DNA from: Spongospora subterranea f. sp. subterranea
Lineage: Eukaryota
DNA: 64,000 nt
NCBI GenBank assembly: GCA_049724395.1
Contig: JAUGWO010000107.1
Coordinates: forward strand, 1 to 64,000
Direction of reading: 5' to 3'
Shown here: one piece after another, positions 13,068 through 28,039 of the stretch
How the letters are laid out: each line of letters begins with the position of its first letter
Numbering within the stretch: the stretch's first letter is position 1
Made by a program: the position numbers and the translations under genes
Notes under the pieces: model-generated
Database searches by the model: none
Told to the model about the DNA's origin: nothing
What the model saw: the letters and a program-made list of their open reading frames with translations, nothing else

Positions 13068-16000
13068 TTGTCGGGTTCATCCTTGGGCATTTTTTGGCAT
13101 CAAAGGGTCTTAGGATCCATTTGCTTCTGCTGCTTTGGTTACTACCAGACCATGAAAAATAATGGTCGGGAGATCTTCAAGCAAACCTGTTTGCCGCTGA
13201 TATTACTGTCGCCATTTTGGCTTAAGACCTCCCGAAACTGGAAGGCAAAACCCATATTTCTCATGCCAGGCAGCCATGTTCCAGGAAGTGAAATTCGCGG
13301 CAAAGGAGCACAGGACGGTCGGCCTGTGTGGAAACACTTGAAGACCATGTATGGGAAAAACATCATCTCGTTGGCCACAGGTTATATTCAAACAAGAGGT
13401 TTATGGCCGTGTGTCCAACCATGTGGCTGAATTTTGGCAAGAAAAAGACTTTTCACTAAGCTTACAGACCAGATTGCAACGATATTGCATTGTACGGGTT
13501 CTGAAGTCATGGCTATCGCTGAGCCTTTAGAGCAGCGAATCAGGACTTTGTTGATTATTGAGTTGGAAACACGGCTGATTGGTGCGTTTGCCGACTGCCA
13601 GGTACCAGGACGTAGGGAATCGAGTGGGCGCGAGCTGTCACTACAGTATGTGAAAATTGTAGCAAGATGAGCCATGTCAGTGCGTCCCCGTTGGGCCAAA
13701 TCCCGACAATTTGCCGGCGAAATTTCGTTCGCGTTAAGGAAATAATCTCATTCCGCGGCTGGGGCCGAATCTAAATACAATGAAACGGCTGTTAACGGGT
13801 GCCGAGTCAAGGCAGATTTCTGATTTTGAGGCGACGAGTAGTATGATGGGACAACGGCACTGATTTTCTAGTGTCCATCCAGTCCGGGTAGAACACAATC
13901 GATTTGTCGTTCCTACTGGAAAAGGGATTGTCAAGGTCAAAGTTCTCCTGCCAGAAGGGGATGATCGAGTGGAGGAAATCGAATCACTGCATGTACCAGC
14001 ATGCGGTTTGACCAATCTGATTTCCTTTAGCAAATCAATCAGGAACGACCGAAAGATAGTGACTGAAGAACATTCGCCGAATTTTTCTGGATGGGAACCG
14101 AAGGCGAATTGCTACCGCACTATGCCCGGACGGAGCCTATGTAGAGGTCTGTTCAGCCTGCTCGAAGAATAAAGCGCAATCGAGACAAAACTGCCGATGA
14201 TCGATACGAATCCCATAATGGTCCGGCATTAATACGACAATATCTGCTCAAATGCGAGTCATCTTGGGAAAATTCCAGTTCAGTGAAGCATGTGCCACAG
14301 AAAAGGCAACGATGAAACACATCCGCCAGGCCGTCATCGATACCGCGACGTGAACCATTTACGGCCATCAGATGTGTATGCGGTCAATTATCGACCATGT
14401 CAATCGAAGGCGCATTTTACTTTGTCACTTACGTTGAAACAAAGCCAAGTCCACGTACCTGGTTCGTCAGAATATCAAGGCATGAGACAAGTTCTTGAGA
14501 TTGAAGGCTCGAGCGGAGCATCATACAGTTCATTTGATCAAGATACAAAACCCGGTGTTCCGGTTGAGATTTTCAATGACACCGTCAGGCAAACAGTCGA
14601 GATGAGAAAGATGGAATCATTGATAAGACTACCGTGACAAGAAGTTCAAACCAGATTCAGCTCGTTCTGGTGACTCACTATATGTTGATTATTATCGTTG
14701 ACAAGAAATATTGGGGGTTCGGCCGTCTTGTATGAGTCGTATGTATTCCGCTTGTGGTCACACCTTGGAAGATAAGTACACGACCCTTTGGGAAATCTGG
14801 ATGGACGGACGCGTGTACTTGGTTGCGATGGATCGCAATTGATTATGCAGAGACAACGGCGGAACATCGGGTCGATAAATAATAATTTTCGGCAACAGCG
14901 ACGACGACAGCTAACGTGGATGGAAAGTCTACGACCCTGCCACGTTCAAAACGTCATATTTAACGAGAAAGGAAATGGAAATCGCGAACTGTGCGATACT
15001 GGCGATGTCTCTTATCATGATGAAATGGTAGCTGATTAGAATTATGTACCAGATGATGGCATTAACTACGACCTGGGGCAAGGCAGAAGTGAGGAGGACA
15101 TTTGCGACCGGATGAAGTCAGTGTTTCTTGATGCGACTCGAAATGATCTAGCTATTGCTGTAGATTGCAAGGAATTGGTCAGAAAATTCAAGGCGAATCA
15201 GTCTGCCTCCGGATCGGTTAGGTGACCTCGTCTCGAATAATTGTGCTGCGAATGCGGTTGAGCCACAATGAGAAAACAGACAACCACAACGAGTCCACAT
15301 ACCGCGATCCTGAGAACAGATGATGAACAGTCCTGACAAAGGGCGGAGGATCGAGGCGGTCGTTAAAGGACGTGGAAGGAAGTATTCACACTTGACACCA
15401 TTGTAAGCAGAAAAATGGATGCTAATCGGTATTTGACGTCAAATACGACACTGCGAGTGGGGATGTTTTGCCCAAGCGATTGAGAACCAAAAGATGATGA
15501 CGACACATTTGCACCTCAGTGACTGCCGACATCATCAGATTGTTGTTCGCTTCAACGATATCTGACCCTGATCTGGAATTACATATTTGAAATGGAAGCT
15601 TGAAGCCACGACATCCTAATGAAAGCGCCAATGTCATGGTCCCTGGGCCAGGAAGCCAGTCATCGGTCGACAGTTAGGTTGCCGTTAATCTCGACACTAT
15701 ATGGGCTGAAGCAGTCTCCACGAGGATGGCAAGCTGTAATACACGACTTTCTTAATATAATATCATTTGGGTTTACAAGGTTGGCGCTACGACGTGTATG
15801 TACACGAAAAGGTCTGACATCGGGAACTTGATAATTCTGGCGTATATGTCGACGACATTTAAATGCTGAATTATTCGGACATGATCCCCGAGACCAAAAA
15901 ACCTGTTGAGTATTCGATTCAAGGTCAAGGATTTGGAGACCGTTAATGGCATTTGTCGGGATCAATGATGAGCGTGATGGAAGGCGGGAACACTGATCAG

Positions 16001-16100
16001 ACTCAAATGGTATATTGGCATCATGTGGTATGGAGAATTGCAGGACAACAGGTACAGCGGAGGGGCCAGATCAAAAGCTGTCGCAGACGATGTGCTCCCG
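13068..16100 (+). mobile_element. Highly degenerate Ty1/Copia retrotransposon (gag-PR-IN-RT order)
   Basis: VWKHLKTMYG (gag). Protease-like DFEATSSMM at about 13822. LHVP..LTNLIS. RT motifs LYGLKQSPRGW (about 15696) and YVDD (about 15845). Many stops and frameshifts; no LTR found. Confidence 0.8.
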
Positions 16101-17105
16101 CAAATTGTTTTTAATCTCGCTGATCATGTCAGCTACCTCAGTATACGAAGTTGCCCCTAACGTCAAATTCACATTCTGTTTGAATGTTGAATTGCAAATC
16201 CATATGTTATCGACGCCTTGTAACCACATTCAAGTTTGGTTAAAAATGATGTATTATCAGCTGCTTAAATTAAGCTGTCCATTCTCCCTACAACAGCGTC
16301 CACTCCTGGCCACTGTCTAATGCTATGGTATCGGATTGGTATGGCGTAACTCGTCTAGTGCAGTTATCGATGGGGTGAGCTGTTCCAAGCGTTTCTGTGC
16401 GCTAACTGTTTGCCCATTGGCTCTCAGTGAACTCTGTCTGAAGTGTCTGTTTAGATTTGATTCTGTTTGCTTTGCACACTGTATCTCTTGCATTGTTGAC
16501 ATATCCCAATGTTTCGGGGGCATCTGCAAAGAAAACATTGATGATGGTTTCCAGGGCATTTTATTGCCACCAAAAGGGTGAAAATGGGCGTATTGGTCGT
16601 GATACGGTTTGGTAAAACATGAATGAGTTTGGGCTATTGTGTAATTCAAAATTTACGTGATCATGATGAGAGTGATCATGATGATGCGGATTCTATTTCT
16701 GCATACGCGGTTCTGAGCTGGGATATCTGTAAAATTTAACCTGCGCTTGTCAGTCTCATCATCCCCAATTTGTTAGCGTTCTGACAAATCGGGTCTCTAC
16801 GATTGGCTGAGGTGGTTAAGAGTAAAAGTATCCTCATCATATCACAGAGATAACCAGTTGTACATGTACATCTTCTCTCCGCAACATTCCGACATCATCT
16901 TGTCATTCAAAACCGCCGCAAGGAAACCTCTGGTGGCAAAGTTACAGCAGCATAATTTTACACACAACGAAACACTTGATCCGACAAAAGCGCAAACGAT
17001 AAGCCAAACAGAATCTGCAACTACTCTTATGTGGTAAATATCAATGTAGACCAAACGATTATCGTCACGGTTTAGACAGTAAGAAGTAATAATCTAAAAG
17101 AAACT

Positions 17106-18410
17106 TTAATCATCACCAGGATTAAACTCTTCTCTTATAATCCCTTTCCGGATCACTCGAATTTCTGTGCAATCGTCACCTTTCAGCGAGTCGCGTATCA
17201 CCGACGTCTCAACGCGGACTTGAATCTATACCATACGTGCGTCAAGAATCAGAATACGGTACGAACACAAAACAAGCGCTGATGAAACAAAAATGGGCGA
17301 AACATCAGAAAAGACATTACCATTTCCAATGCTCCACGAACAGCACCTGCCACCAGGGCGCACATTGTCAGGTCGGCATATTCTTTCGGTAGCTCCACAA
17401 ATTCCACCAGTGGGTTGTTCTTGGCGGGCAATATGAACGAAAACCCTGATCCATCTTCGGCCCAGTCTTGCACTGTGGCCGTTACTGATATCAACGACAA
17501 TATGTAAATAGAGGGACTTCTTGGGGAGCCGATAAAAATCCTCAATTTGGAGTTGAAGCTACGAAGAAATGCCAAAAAACAACTACACCTTATTTGTCAT
17601 ACACAACGAAAAATTCAGATGCTGAGAAGAGACGCTCTATTGTCTAACGAAAAAAAAACAGCCGTACCTCCAAGGAACATTTTAAAAGCAACGCGTCCCA
17701 TAAGATCGGCGGTCTCTCTCAGGTTTTTACAGGAACTGATTTTTGTCTGAACGAGAAACTCATCCACGATTCTGAGTCCAATATTGTAACCACTATACAA
17801 TGGAAATTTCAATGAATGCAAACAAACCCAAGCAATCATTAGAAAGCACTGGGTGAAGAGCTTAAAAAACGATATTCGACGATGAGAATCAATCAAAACT
17901 CAAACAAAAGCTCGGAAGTCATCAAAACTTAAACAAAACCAACAGAAGACTTAATAAACGCCAGTAAGGTTGTTGCGATAAAATTTGAGCGAGGATAAAT
18001 AAGAATTACACTTTATCAAGTTGGCGATTGACTTCGACGACATCGTTGCGCTCATCTTGTAGAAGCTGGACGACGAATGCACCATATGTCAATGAGAACA
18101 GCTCTGAACTCTAAAGAACAAGACACAAAAACGAATCGACATCAAAGCCACAGAAAATATGGACGAGAGGGCACATGATTAATTGATAATATTAAGAACA
18201 CAAATATCATAACTCATGATAAGTTACACATCATATCAGATCATATTTGCAAAAACACTCTGAGATTAAGACATGAACGTGAACACACGGTATCAATATT
18301 TCTAAAAGGGCATCGAAGGCGGAAACCGGGTTTACACAGGTTTCTGCTTTGCTTAACATTGCATCACCCATGCGAGTCTGATCTGAATCTGTATTGGCCG
18401 CAGAAGCCAT
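17106..18410 (-). CDS. BET3: TRAPP complex subunit BET3/TRAPPC3
   Basis: SSELFSLTYGAFV, GYNIGLRIVDEFL, AFKMFLG, NPLVEFVELP, GAVRGALEMV, last exon RDSLKGDDCTEIRV. Confidence 0.92.
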
Positions 18411-18531
18411 GGCGGCTGAAGCCCTGGGCGATAATAGCAGGTTTGCTGTAATGGATTGCGGTTGGCGGTTGCGGTTCAACAGTCGATATGTAATCGGTAT
18501 GACTATGAGTGGGTATGGTAAACACCAGACA

Positions 18532-19991
18532 CCTCCCTTTCAAAATAACCGATCCAAGCGGACTTTTCTTCTGTTTCGAAGTAACTGATCTATAGGTATG
18601 GCAGTATCTATATCAGGTTTGTTATCCAAATCTGAAATTGATATCAGGCTCTTCTGTCAGCCAGCAAACAGCCCAGATTAACACTTCTCACTTGTTGAAA
18701 GAGAAGAAAACAAGTTTGCAAGATTCACATCCATAATTGTATTTCTAGCCCTTGTAACTGTTTCTGGTAGGCAGGTAATTGATATTGGAAGGCCCTGTAT
18801 TGACAAGCTTCCCCTTTCCCTAAATGTGGTATACACCTGTTTCCACCTTCGTCGTCCATGCAAGAGAGCATCACGCTTTGTAATGTCAAGAAGGTGTTGT
18901 TCAGCTTCTGAGGTTTCAACCTCTCATACGCTTTTGCAACAGCTGTTATTAGTTCATCCAAGTTTCTTGGGGATTTGGTATAAAGCGCAATTATTCTCGT
19001 CATCAAATCTTGGTCGAGCAGCAGCTGCAAAGAACATAATTTTTTCCAATGAATTTCTTGTTCTTGCATGAACGATAGGGTTCTTCTTCGTCTGCCGTCA
19101 AATAAAATGTGGCGCGGTCGCAAGCAAGATAAAACCATTTTTCATCAATATACACTACGTCAAACATTTCTCTGAATTTTGGTGAGGTAGAAATAGAAGA
19201 GGGCTCGAAATACAAAAATTGATTCGAGCCATTTTGTTACATTCAGTGAGCAGAGGCTTCAACGAATTTGTATGGCGCCGGATAATGCCTTTTTTAAGTT
19301 GACGATGTAATGTAGCGGCAGATATACCCGTTGCTGCAGATAAGGGTCTAAGGGTGTTCCTTTTGCTCAAAGGAACGGTAGCGACATCGGAAGAAATGTT
19401 CGGGTATTTTGGTTTCCGCCCGCAGTTCTTTTTCAGATGCGATACAACTGCTGCAGTGGCTCCTGCTGCCAATGAATCTTTTCCTCGATGCCAAATTCAG
19501 CTAATCGTGAGCCAAGATACGTTGAATTCGGCGCTGATAATATCGAACACCCCCTTTTTGAGTTTTCCAGTGATTTCCAACATCGTCAAAAGGCGGTGGT
19601 ACACAGCTGTGCGAGCATCGTTGCTTAACACTGTTAACCGTTTCCGGTTGGTCTACAAATTGTCCATCGGCAGCAAAAACGTTCATTTGATAATGAAAAT
19701 ATGCAGTTCAAGAGTGAATACAGTAATAGAGGAAGATGGTGTTTAACAGGCAAGAAACGTAACTATCATAACGACATCACCCTCATCGTTACTCAAATAG
19801 CACAACCCACAAATCTGCAAACCGGTTTCAAACACCGATATTCCATCAAAACACACAAACGCTTCAAGTTTTGGACAAGATCAACTTGCGTCACAAACTA
19901 GCGGCCACACAAAATTGGATAGCAAAACTTCTTGAAAAATGAGGTTGTCCCAAACAAAACTCCGAATCGATCAGTTATTTTGACACGGAGG
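18532..19991 (-). mobile_element. Tc1/mariner (plant/oomycete DD39D-type) transposon, internally deleted, with TIRs
   Basis: HTH region, then FDVVYIDEKWFY..YL...EEEPYRSCKNKKFI and NNTFLTLQSVM..GGN. Imperfect TIRs CCTCCCTTTCAAAATAACCGATC and (reverse complement) CCTCCGTGTCAAAAATAACTGATC. TA flank on the right. Confidence 0.88.
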
Positions 19992-21233
19992 TACTGTACT
20001 GTAGTACAGTACTCCGGAGTATCAGATTGCACCGTACTATCGCCATGTACTATATATAGCCTGTAGGCTATACACACTGCTCATCAATGGGGTGGTTATT
20101 TAGTGATAGGTTGAGACAGGTTGAGACAGGTTGAGTTCGTACTCTTCCTCAACGGTTCAACGACTTGCTCGTCAGAGAGTCAGATAAATATCAAAAGTTG
20201 TAATGTCGATCTTTACTCAGCCCGTTTGGTCTGACCATGGTGCAATCTTCCGGTTAAGCGTGTTTCATCGATCGCAAATTTGATTATTTAAGAGTTCTCA
20301 TTTGCATTAAAAGTTCTCATTTGCACCAGGATTAAAATCTTAATACTGAGATTCGATTGCGCTGCCTTTAATGCTATTTTTTGGACCAAATTCAGGATGA
20401 TGTAGACAATTAGTAAATTGAGTGACCAGGATCGTCCTCAATTACTGTAGTACATGGCCTCTGTAATTGAGCTGATGGACTACAACCATTTCAACAACAG
20501 AACCGTCAACAGAACCCTTCAAGGGCACGCGCAGACTATTGTGAGTTTCGCAGGTCAACAACTACCGTTGATTGCCCATCAGTCAAGTCAAAACGACAAT
20601 AGTGAATAACAGATTCCCAACTCAAACTGGCCTTCAATACAATGTCAGTAGAATGGTCAAGATAAGGTCTGGAGTAGAACATTCGGTATACAGATCATGA
20701 TGTTCGCCTTAAACTTGACCACCAATCGGATCTGATCAATAAACTCCAAGACTTGCATCTCGTGAGTAAAATGGCAGCTTGTAAAGGGTTAAGGGGTGGT
20801 GGGTAATGATTGTGATTCGTTGGGATCTTGCTGAGCTCACTTAAATAGACCCAACGTCGTTAGAAATTAACAGTCAAACAACCACTCGCCATGGCGAACA
20901 CGCACGACGCCGAATTGGATAGAAGGCTAGCAGCTACAGAACGGGTTAACAAGAAATTCAAGAGGTTTAAAGATCCGGAAGGCGAATTCTGAAACGGACT
21001 CCCACAACCAAGGGACAGCCCACCCGGGCAAAATAACGCTCGTTGTTCAGTTAGATATGACCAAGAAAGTGATTGCCCTCAACACTGAACCGATAACGTT
21101 TTGTTCAAGGGCAAGAAACAATCAGGTGTGATTTGATGACAATGTTCAATGGCAGTAATCAATGGGTGTTGCCAAATACCGATGTTGATTTTAATCATTA
21201 CTCCCATTCTGACCGCGCAGCGCAGTTTAGATC

Positions 21234-22476
21234 ATGACGTTATTGAGAATGTCAAGGTCATCACCATCACCAACCACTGAACTTGACCTCATCGATCATC
21301 TATGCACTCTTATCATATCAAATAACCCAATCGACGATATTGCTATCGTTCATCATCTAGAAAGACTATCAACTAACGGATTCAATCTAAATCAACAATG
21401 CACTTCTATTAAGAGTTGGACCCAAATTCAAAGCCTGGTCTATCCTCGACTCATGATGATTTTGTCGAGAAATGTGCACTCTCCCAGCGATAGCGCCATC
21501 AACCTTGATCAAATATTGCATTTGATCGGAGTCGTCTCTGGAACCAAAAGTTAGTTGTGTGTTTGATATGTTTATCGTGGACAATAATATCATGAACCAG
21601 ACTCTACTGGAACACGACAATGGAACTACTCATTCGGCAATGTGAATATTCGAGAAGTAGATCGAGTGGAAGCTGGTCTTGGATCAGAAACATGGCACAG
21701 TGGAATTATGATGTCCAGGTCATCAGTCATAAATCCTTCTCAATATCTCATTTTCCATCGTATTTTTGAACGATGCATTGATAAACCCAGACAAATGTTG
21801 ACCGGTTTTTAGTTGATTCAGGCTGTGATTTCCTTTTACAAAATAGTTGACATGTTTACACCAATCTGATCTCGTTTCCAGGTTGATCGACGACGGATCC
21901 ATAAACCTTGACGGCAAACGTCGGATACTAGAGCTAGGATCAGGAACCGGATTGGCCGGGATCGTTGCCGCCATCCATTGCGATCCCGATAAGACGAGTG
22001 TGATTCTCTCTGATGGTGATCCTGGTGTCCTGGTCAATCTGCGTCATAATGTCGCCATTAATTCGACCAAATTCCAATTGGATCACGTTGTGGTGACCGA
22101 CCTTAACTGGTCACGTCCGCCTTCTATCGGGTCGTCCACAATATGGACAGGTCGGTTCGATTTGATTCTTGCCGCTGATATCTGTTATGATGTGGGGTCG
22201 GGATCGGTCGTGATGAACCTGGTTGATCGACTTCTATCTAATGATGGGCAATTTCATGTCGTCATGCCCTTCCGCTCGCTTTTTTCAGACTTTCTGGAAC
22301 AATTCCTCCAAGACGCAGAAAACTCTGGATTTTTCCTTGAGACGTTTGTAGATTTGCCGTCTGAAACTCCTAACGACCGAACCCCTTCTTGCCGTTATTA
22401 TTGCTATAAACGACGTCGTTTAAGTGCTTATTCTGGTTCAGTTTCGTCGATATCAGTCACGACTCTTGTTTTTTGA
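21234..22476 (+). CDS. Class I SAM-dependent protein lysine methyltransferase (Methyltransf_16; EEF2KMT/METTL21-like)
   Basis: GLGSETWHSG, ILELGSGTGLAGI, ILSDGD, LNW, FDLILAADICYD. Confidence 0.85.
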
Positions 22477-22808
22477 TTTTTTTCATCAACTCAAGTTGTG
22501 GCGCAAAGTAAGAAAAGAGAACATTGTTATACAAGTTTGGTAGCGGTAGTTCCCTATTCACCAACATATGCTCTTGGATCATCCACTAAAATACATTTCT
22601 AATCGTACTCTTAGTTATATTATCGTTATTCATGAAATGCTGAATGAGTCACAACCCTGGCAATAATGTGTTGTGATGTTCGGGTGAACAGATAACTCAT
22701 CATCAATAGCATTCAAATTTCCACTCAACTTTAATCAATTCTTTTTATTGCACATGATATATTTTACGGATCCGGTCAACCGTCCCCTTTGCCAATTCAC
22801 AAATTCAA

Positions 22809-23566
22809 TCAGAACGCTGGTAAAAGATTGGTGGAGAGGATCATTGCGATTGAAATGATGGTGACTAGAATCGGGGTTAGATATGTCCATATGGGCCAAA
22901 ATGCTATGACGAAAGCAAGCCAGGCACCAACACCGCTGCCGACACCAGATTGTATCACGCCCGGGCAATATTCCCACATATCATCTGTGTTGATCTGAAC
23001 CAAATTCGGGATATAAAACGCCAAGTACGCGATCACGCCGAATGATACTGAACTGAATAGTATACCGACGTGGAGAGCTATCCTAACAACACTATTCCTG
23101 TTAAATCCTCGAAAACCCCACGAAATGCGATCGGGCAATCCGTCAAACAACGAACAAAAAGAAACAGTAATGGAGTTTAAGGCCACGAATATATATATAT
23201 AGAAAAAAGACTTCGATCTTGACAAACACAAAACTAATGAAGGCGTAGATTCAGCAACAGTACCAGAATTTAGGAATTTGATACGATATTGTGAAGAGTT
23301 GACCATAGCATGAAGTGATGATCACAATTACTGAACAAGGGTTTTATAGTCACAAACCTAATCACTCGTTCGTCATTAGAGAGAACGGTCGACAGCTTTC
23401 CGTAATGGACAATGAAGACGGCAATCGCTATCCACGAAATAGTGTGCAGATATACACAGAAATCGGACGACCGGCGTTTGGACTTGGTTAGGTCATCGTC
23501 CAATGCCTTCTCGGTGTGCTGTTTCGGGCGGTCCAAATGTGTCGCCATCGTTCTTTGCCTAAGCAT
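22809..23566 (-). CDS. TMEM128: TMEM128-like four-TM protein
   Basis: Two exons; W....IVHY......L..DERV, WEYCPGVI, FWPIWTYLTP pattern. Confidence 0.7.
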
Positions 23567-24119
23567 GTTTACTCGAGATCGAGAACCACTTGTGACTGGG
23601 GCTGGGCTCAGCTACAGCCAGGAGCTGCATCGTAATCGGTCATAGCCGGTCGGGGTTACGCTGTCTCAGGAAACGTATATCGGGCACAGACACTGGACAT
23701 CATTCTGAAAAAATGCTGGCATGTATGATAGGAAATGGTTTTGTATAAACATGGATATTTAGACTGCACTCGATTCATACAGTTGTAGATCACTCTGCTG
23801 CTGTTTTAGAACCATTGATCAGAAAACGTACTTTTTAAATCAGATTATGAGTCAGAATTTCAAAAAATTCTTAATCGCAAACGCCTCATATTTTCTTGAC
23901 ACTACGTTCAAAGGCCATGTAAGCTACTGTACCAGACTGAATTTTACACGCTCTGAACAGAGGGCAGCTGAATATTTTGTAGAAGTTGCTGAGGTATTTG
24001 ACGGTTCTACGACGTCAAAGAACCATCAAGTACTACCTATCATCAATAACAAAATAAATTAAAACAAAATGAATGGATACAATTTTAATTGCTAGCTATA
24101 CAAATAAAAAAAGAGAGAA

Positions 24120-27100
24120 ACATTGCCAACTTTTCAAGAATCCCAAGTATCGGGAACCGTATCTTCACTGGGGAGAGTGTCCCAGATATTGGCAGGCCGG
24201 CCAATAGCAGAAACAGCTGCTTGTCGAGATAATCGCCCCCGACCCGTTCCAAATGGTGCCGACGACAATGACTGGCACATCTCTTCGGCAACCGCAGCAG
24301 GAGGTGTAGCAGCGTCAGCGTAAACAAGCGTGGACTCGTCAACGTCAGCGAGGGCCGCTTGCAATCCGGCCAAACTGCCAAATGCGATGACAACAGTTTG
24401 ACTGTCGATCCAGCGACTCGCAACCGCATAGGTTTGGCGCCACGATGAGACTAAACGCTGAATGAGAGCTGCCCCACCTTCCGCCACGCCTGAAAATTGA
24501 ACAGCAGGAATGGCACTTGTTTCGCAAAGACTTGAGGCGGCAGCCTAATTTTTATCGAATATCAGAAAACACTCAATTCTTGACCTAACATAATAGATAA
24601 ACGATCCATTGTGGGGTTAAATTATGAAACAGAACAAATTAAAAAGAAACTATCAAAGATATCACATCGCGATATCGAAACCAGGTGTAAAACTCTGTAG
24701 TGAGAAATGACTACCTTAGGGATTACCGAACTCGGACACTTGGCGAACAACGCGGCCACTCTAGACAACTGAAGGAATGACGGTAAAACAGCAGATTTGG
24801 CTCCCTGACGCGTCAAACGCAAGCATGAACGTTGCGCCTCTGTGTACGTCTCGCAAAACAGGCCGTATTGAGCGGCCATATGGCGCAAAAGAAACAGACG
24901 CGGTCCAGAGACAGGATCCATATACGCGCCGCCAACTGACTCGCTCATGATGAGATTTGCCATTTGATCTGGAAAATGGATACGGAGTGCGTCAAAATGA
25001 AGAGAAAGTAAACAGGCATCCAAGGAACAGAAGTATTCGGAAAAGATGATGGTAATGACGGATAGCAACAAAAACCAATAGCAACTATAAAGACGAGATT
25101 ATGTGGACATGGGTGTGAAGCTTTGACATACGTTCGATACTGAGAACAAATCGGGAATACGTTTGTGCCAGTTGTAGGATTGGAGTAGACCAAGGGACGG
25201 GAGCGGGGGCCTGGGGACGGTTCGGCCCAACCGGCTCGACCTGTAATGCACTTGCCAGGTTCTGGTTTCGTAATTGGACCAGGCATTGTTCATCGCATTC
25301 TAATTCCGAAAGTATCTGATTTTTGAAATGAGTATCCATTTGACCGACACCCAGAGAAAGAGGGTGCAAAATTGAGGAAGATTGAGATGAAAAAACCTCT
25401 AGGTTCAGATTAAGGCTAATGAAGGAAAACACATACAGATGATTTGGAAATACGCTGTGAGCGCCGGCCACAGGGACACATCGAGGTAATGGGTGCGTTA
25501 CACTCCTTACACTACAGATAAACGTATTGAATAATGATCAAGAGAGTAATTGGCACTTTACCGACCTGAGTGTCAGAATCATGAACATGGCAGACTTTCG
25601 AGCATGGGTGTAGGCAAGACTGGGGGTGATTGCACTGGTGACCGCAGCTGGTAGGGGCCGCCGAACAGGGCACAGCCGTCAGCTCAACGTGTTGCCCAGC
25701 ACACATTCTAAACCCAACAAAAGATAATGCTGACCTTAGTTATGATGTTGCAAGTGAAATCATGAATAACGAAACTCACAACGGGATAAATCAAGAACAA
25801 TTGATCAAATTGCGAGCCTTGGCAACAGAAAAGTGATAGGCAATGGAACAGGAAGAATTTTGAACACTTTCAGGACTTGAGAACAAAAAGGAATAATAGG
25901 ATTTCCTCAAAACATATGACAACGATGAAGAAACTTGTGTCGACCTCTTGACCAAAACAAGGCACTTCGGGCATGGACCAGTATGGCATAGGAGATGGCA
26001 TGGATGACCGCATGGTTTTACTTTGGTACATGGAAGACGGCAGTCGGGGATCGCAGTACCGCACTGGACCGGACCCTGTATGCGCTGTGCCCCACAAGCG
26101 CATGATAAGCCGGACGGTAGTGGCTGACCACACGGCTATGGAGAATGAAGTACTCTCAGAAATGTTAAACGGGAATGCTAGTCAGGAAAAATCGGCACAA
26201 CACGTGAGTGGACCTTGGAAAACAAAGTGCAAATAAACCGAAACAACTATAGTAAAAGCAAATGATTTTGAACAGTGTACTAAAGTAAAACATGCAATCA
26301 ACATTAAAACAGTCCCAAGAAATGCGAGACAAAACTAAACGGACAGGGCAAGGAGACTGATGACAGTTTCGATGACACTGATGGAGGCCGCATGACAGAA
26401 GTTTACTGCAAGGTTGCGGGCAAGGATGAGCGGATCCTGTTCGTTGGCAGCATATTTGTCGGCAGCGATGTTTACCGCAAGACTGCATCACGTTGCAAAC
26501 AGCCGTGCACAGTGGCAAATTTCCTGCAAAAAATATGAGTAAACGGAAAAAAAGTCGAATTGAAACCGAAGCGATACTTCTGGAGCTGAGCGCTCAAAGT
26601 GTTACTTCGCAGGACAAAAATCATAGAAAACAGAGATGGCAGTATAAGCTTTCATGAAACAACTCTCTGAAGCAGAGATTCTGACGAATTATTTACTTCT
26701 ATAACATTACCTGAATATTGCGGACAAGGAACAGATTGGGTTTCACGACCACACCTACACAAAATCACGACCGGTTCTTGACATGGGGGACAGACGCTAT
26801 CATGGCATATTTCAGGGCAGGGGTGAGGACAGTCCGGACGGGCACGACCACATGGCAATAAGCACGTTGGTAAAGGGTCAAGACAGGTGGTGCGATTGAT
26901 TGGCGTCATGCTCGTCTTGCCGCAAGCACAAATCTGAGGGTCGCTAAACGAGGCGCTGACATGGTTGGCAAGGCTCTTCGTGACATAACTCTTCGCAATT
27001 GTGTCGACCACAATTCAAAGGACGTGAGCAAATGGCTCCGCAAGAAAACGATGGCTTAGCCTTGCGATTTCGGTTAACGGGAGCGTCACCACAGGGCTGG

Positions 27101-28039
27101 GAATTGGTCAACAGGCCGCAATGACAAGTTAATGTGAGTACGGCAGAACAGGGCGTACAAGGGCCGGAATGACATATTTCACGGCTAAAGGCCATAATCA
27201 GAGCAGGTTTCAGCAGAAGAAAGCTCGAAATGAAAGACTATTAAACATGAAAGCATGGTCGATACGAAACGAAGCAGAAGGAGATTGAAGCGAAACAAAC
27301 AATGAATGTACCATGTGTGGCGGCGGCATGATAATAATCGCCGGCATACTTGTTGGCAGGATATGGAGTCAGTACGATGATGGCAGCGGACATCTCTATT
27401 TGTGCGATTACACCCGCATCGAACATTGACGACCGCGGGACATTCTGGGCATGGGCCAGGATGACACTGCAGAGTGCAAGGATGGGGGCAGCGTTTCTTC
27501 TTGCCACACACTAGCCCACAAGAATGAGCAGGAAGCTCAACGTCAGCTGCCGGATTGCGAACTGATCCACAGAAACAGAAATAGGAAGAGGGCAATTCTT
27601 TTCGGTTATCAGTGACGAATTGGCAATTGGGACAGCGCCATGATCCGCCTTGTGACTTCAGCCAACGACGGGAGCACTCAAGATGGAAGGAAACCGTACA
27701 CGAACTGCATGAAAATATTGCTGCTGATGCACGAATGATTTCAATACAAATCGCGCATTGATATTGGTTTCGTTTGAAACGCAAAGCCATTTCGTCGGCA
27801 AGCTGGCTCGCCTTGGAAACAATCATCATAGAATCTCCTGTAGCTGCAGGATTCCCATTCGCAATGTCGGAAATGATTATATCATTAACTTCGCTTGCAA
27901 GTTGGTGTACAGCAGCCTCACGAGCTGCAGGTCGCCATCTGTGATGCTTATCGCCATTGCTAGCGGGGCGTCGAGCGCGTGTCCCTCGCCGACGACCACG
28001 GCTACGTTTGGCGCCCCGCGATGCGACTGGATCAGACAT
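24120..28039 (-). CDS. NFX1: NF-X1-type zinc finger protein (RING/PHD + NF-X1 repeats + degenerate R3H)
   Basis: CAIC..C..C..FHLEC...W...WRCPNC, YFCFCG, HSCGLVC, repeated CxxxLxCGxHxCxxxCHxGPCxPC over many exons. 3' end approximate. Confidence 0.9.

Noticed and set aside
20108..20135. GGTTGAGACA 10-bp repeat, about 2.5 copies
   Set aside because: Trivial local duplication.
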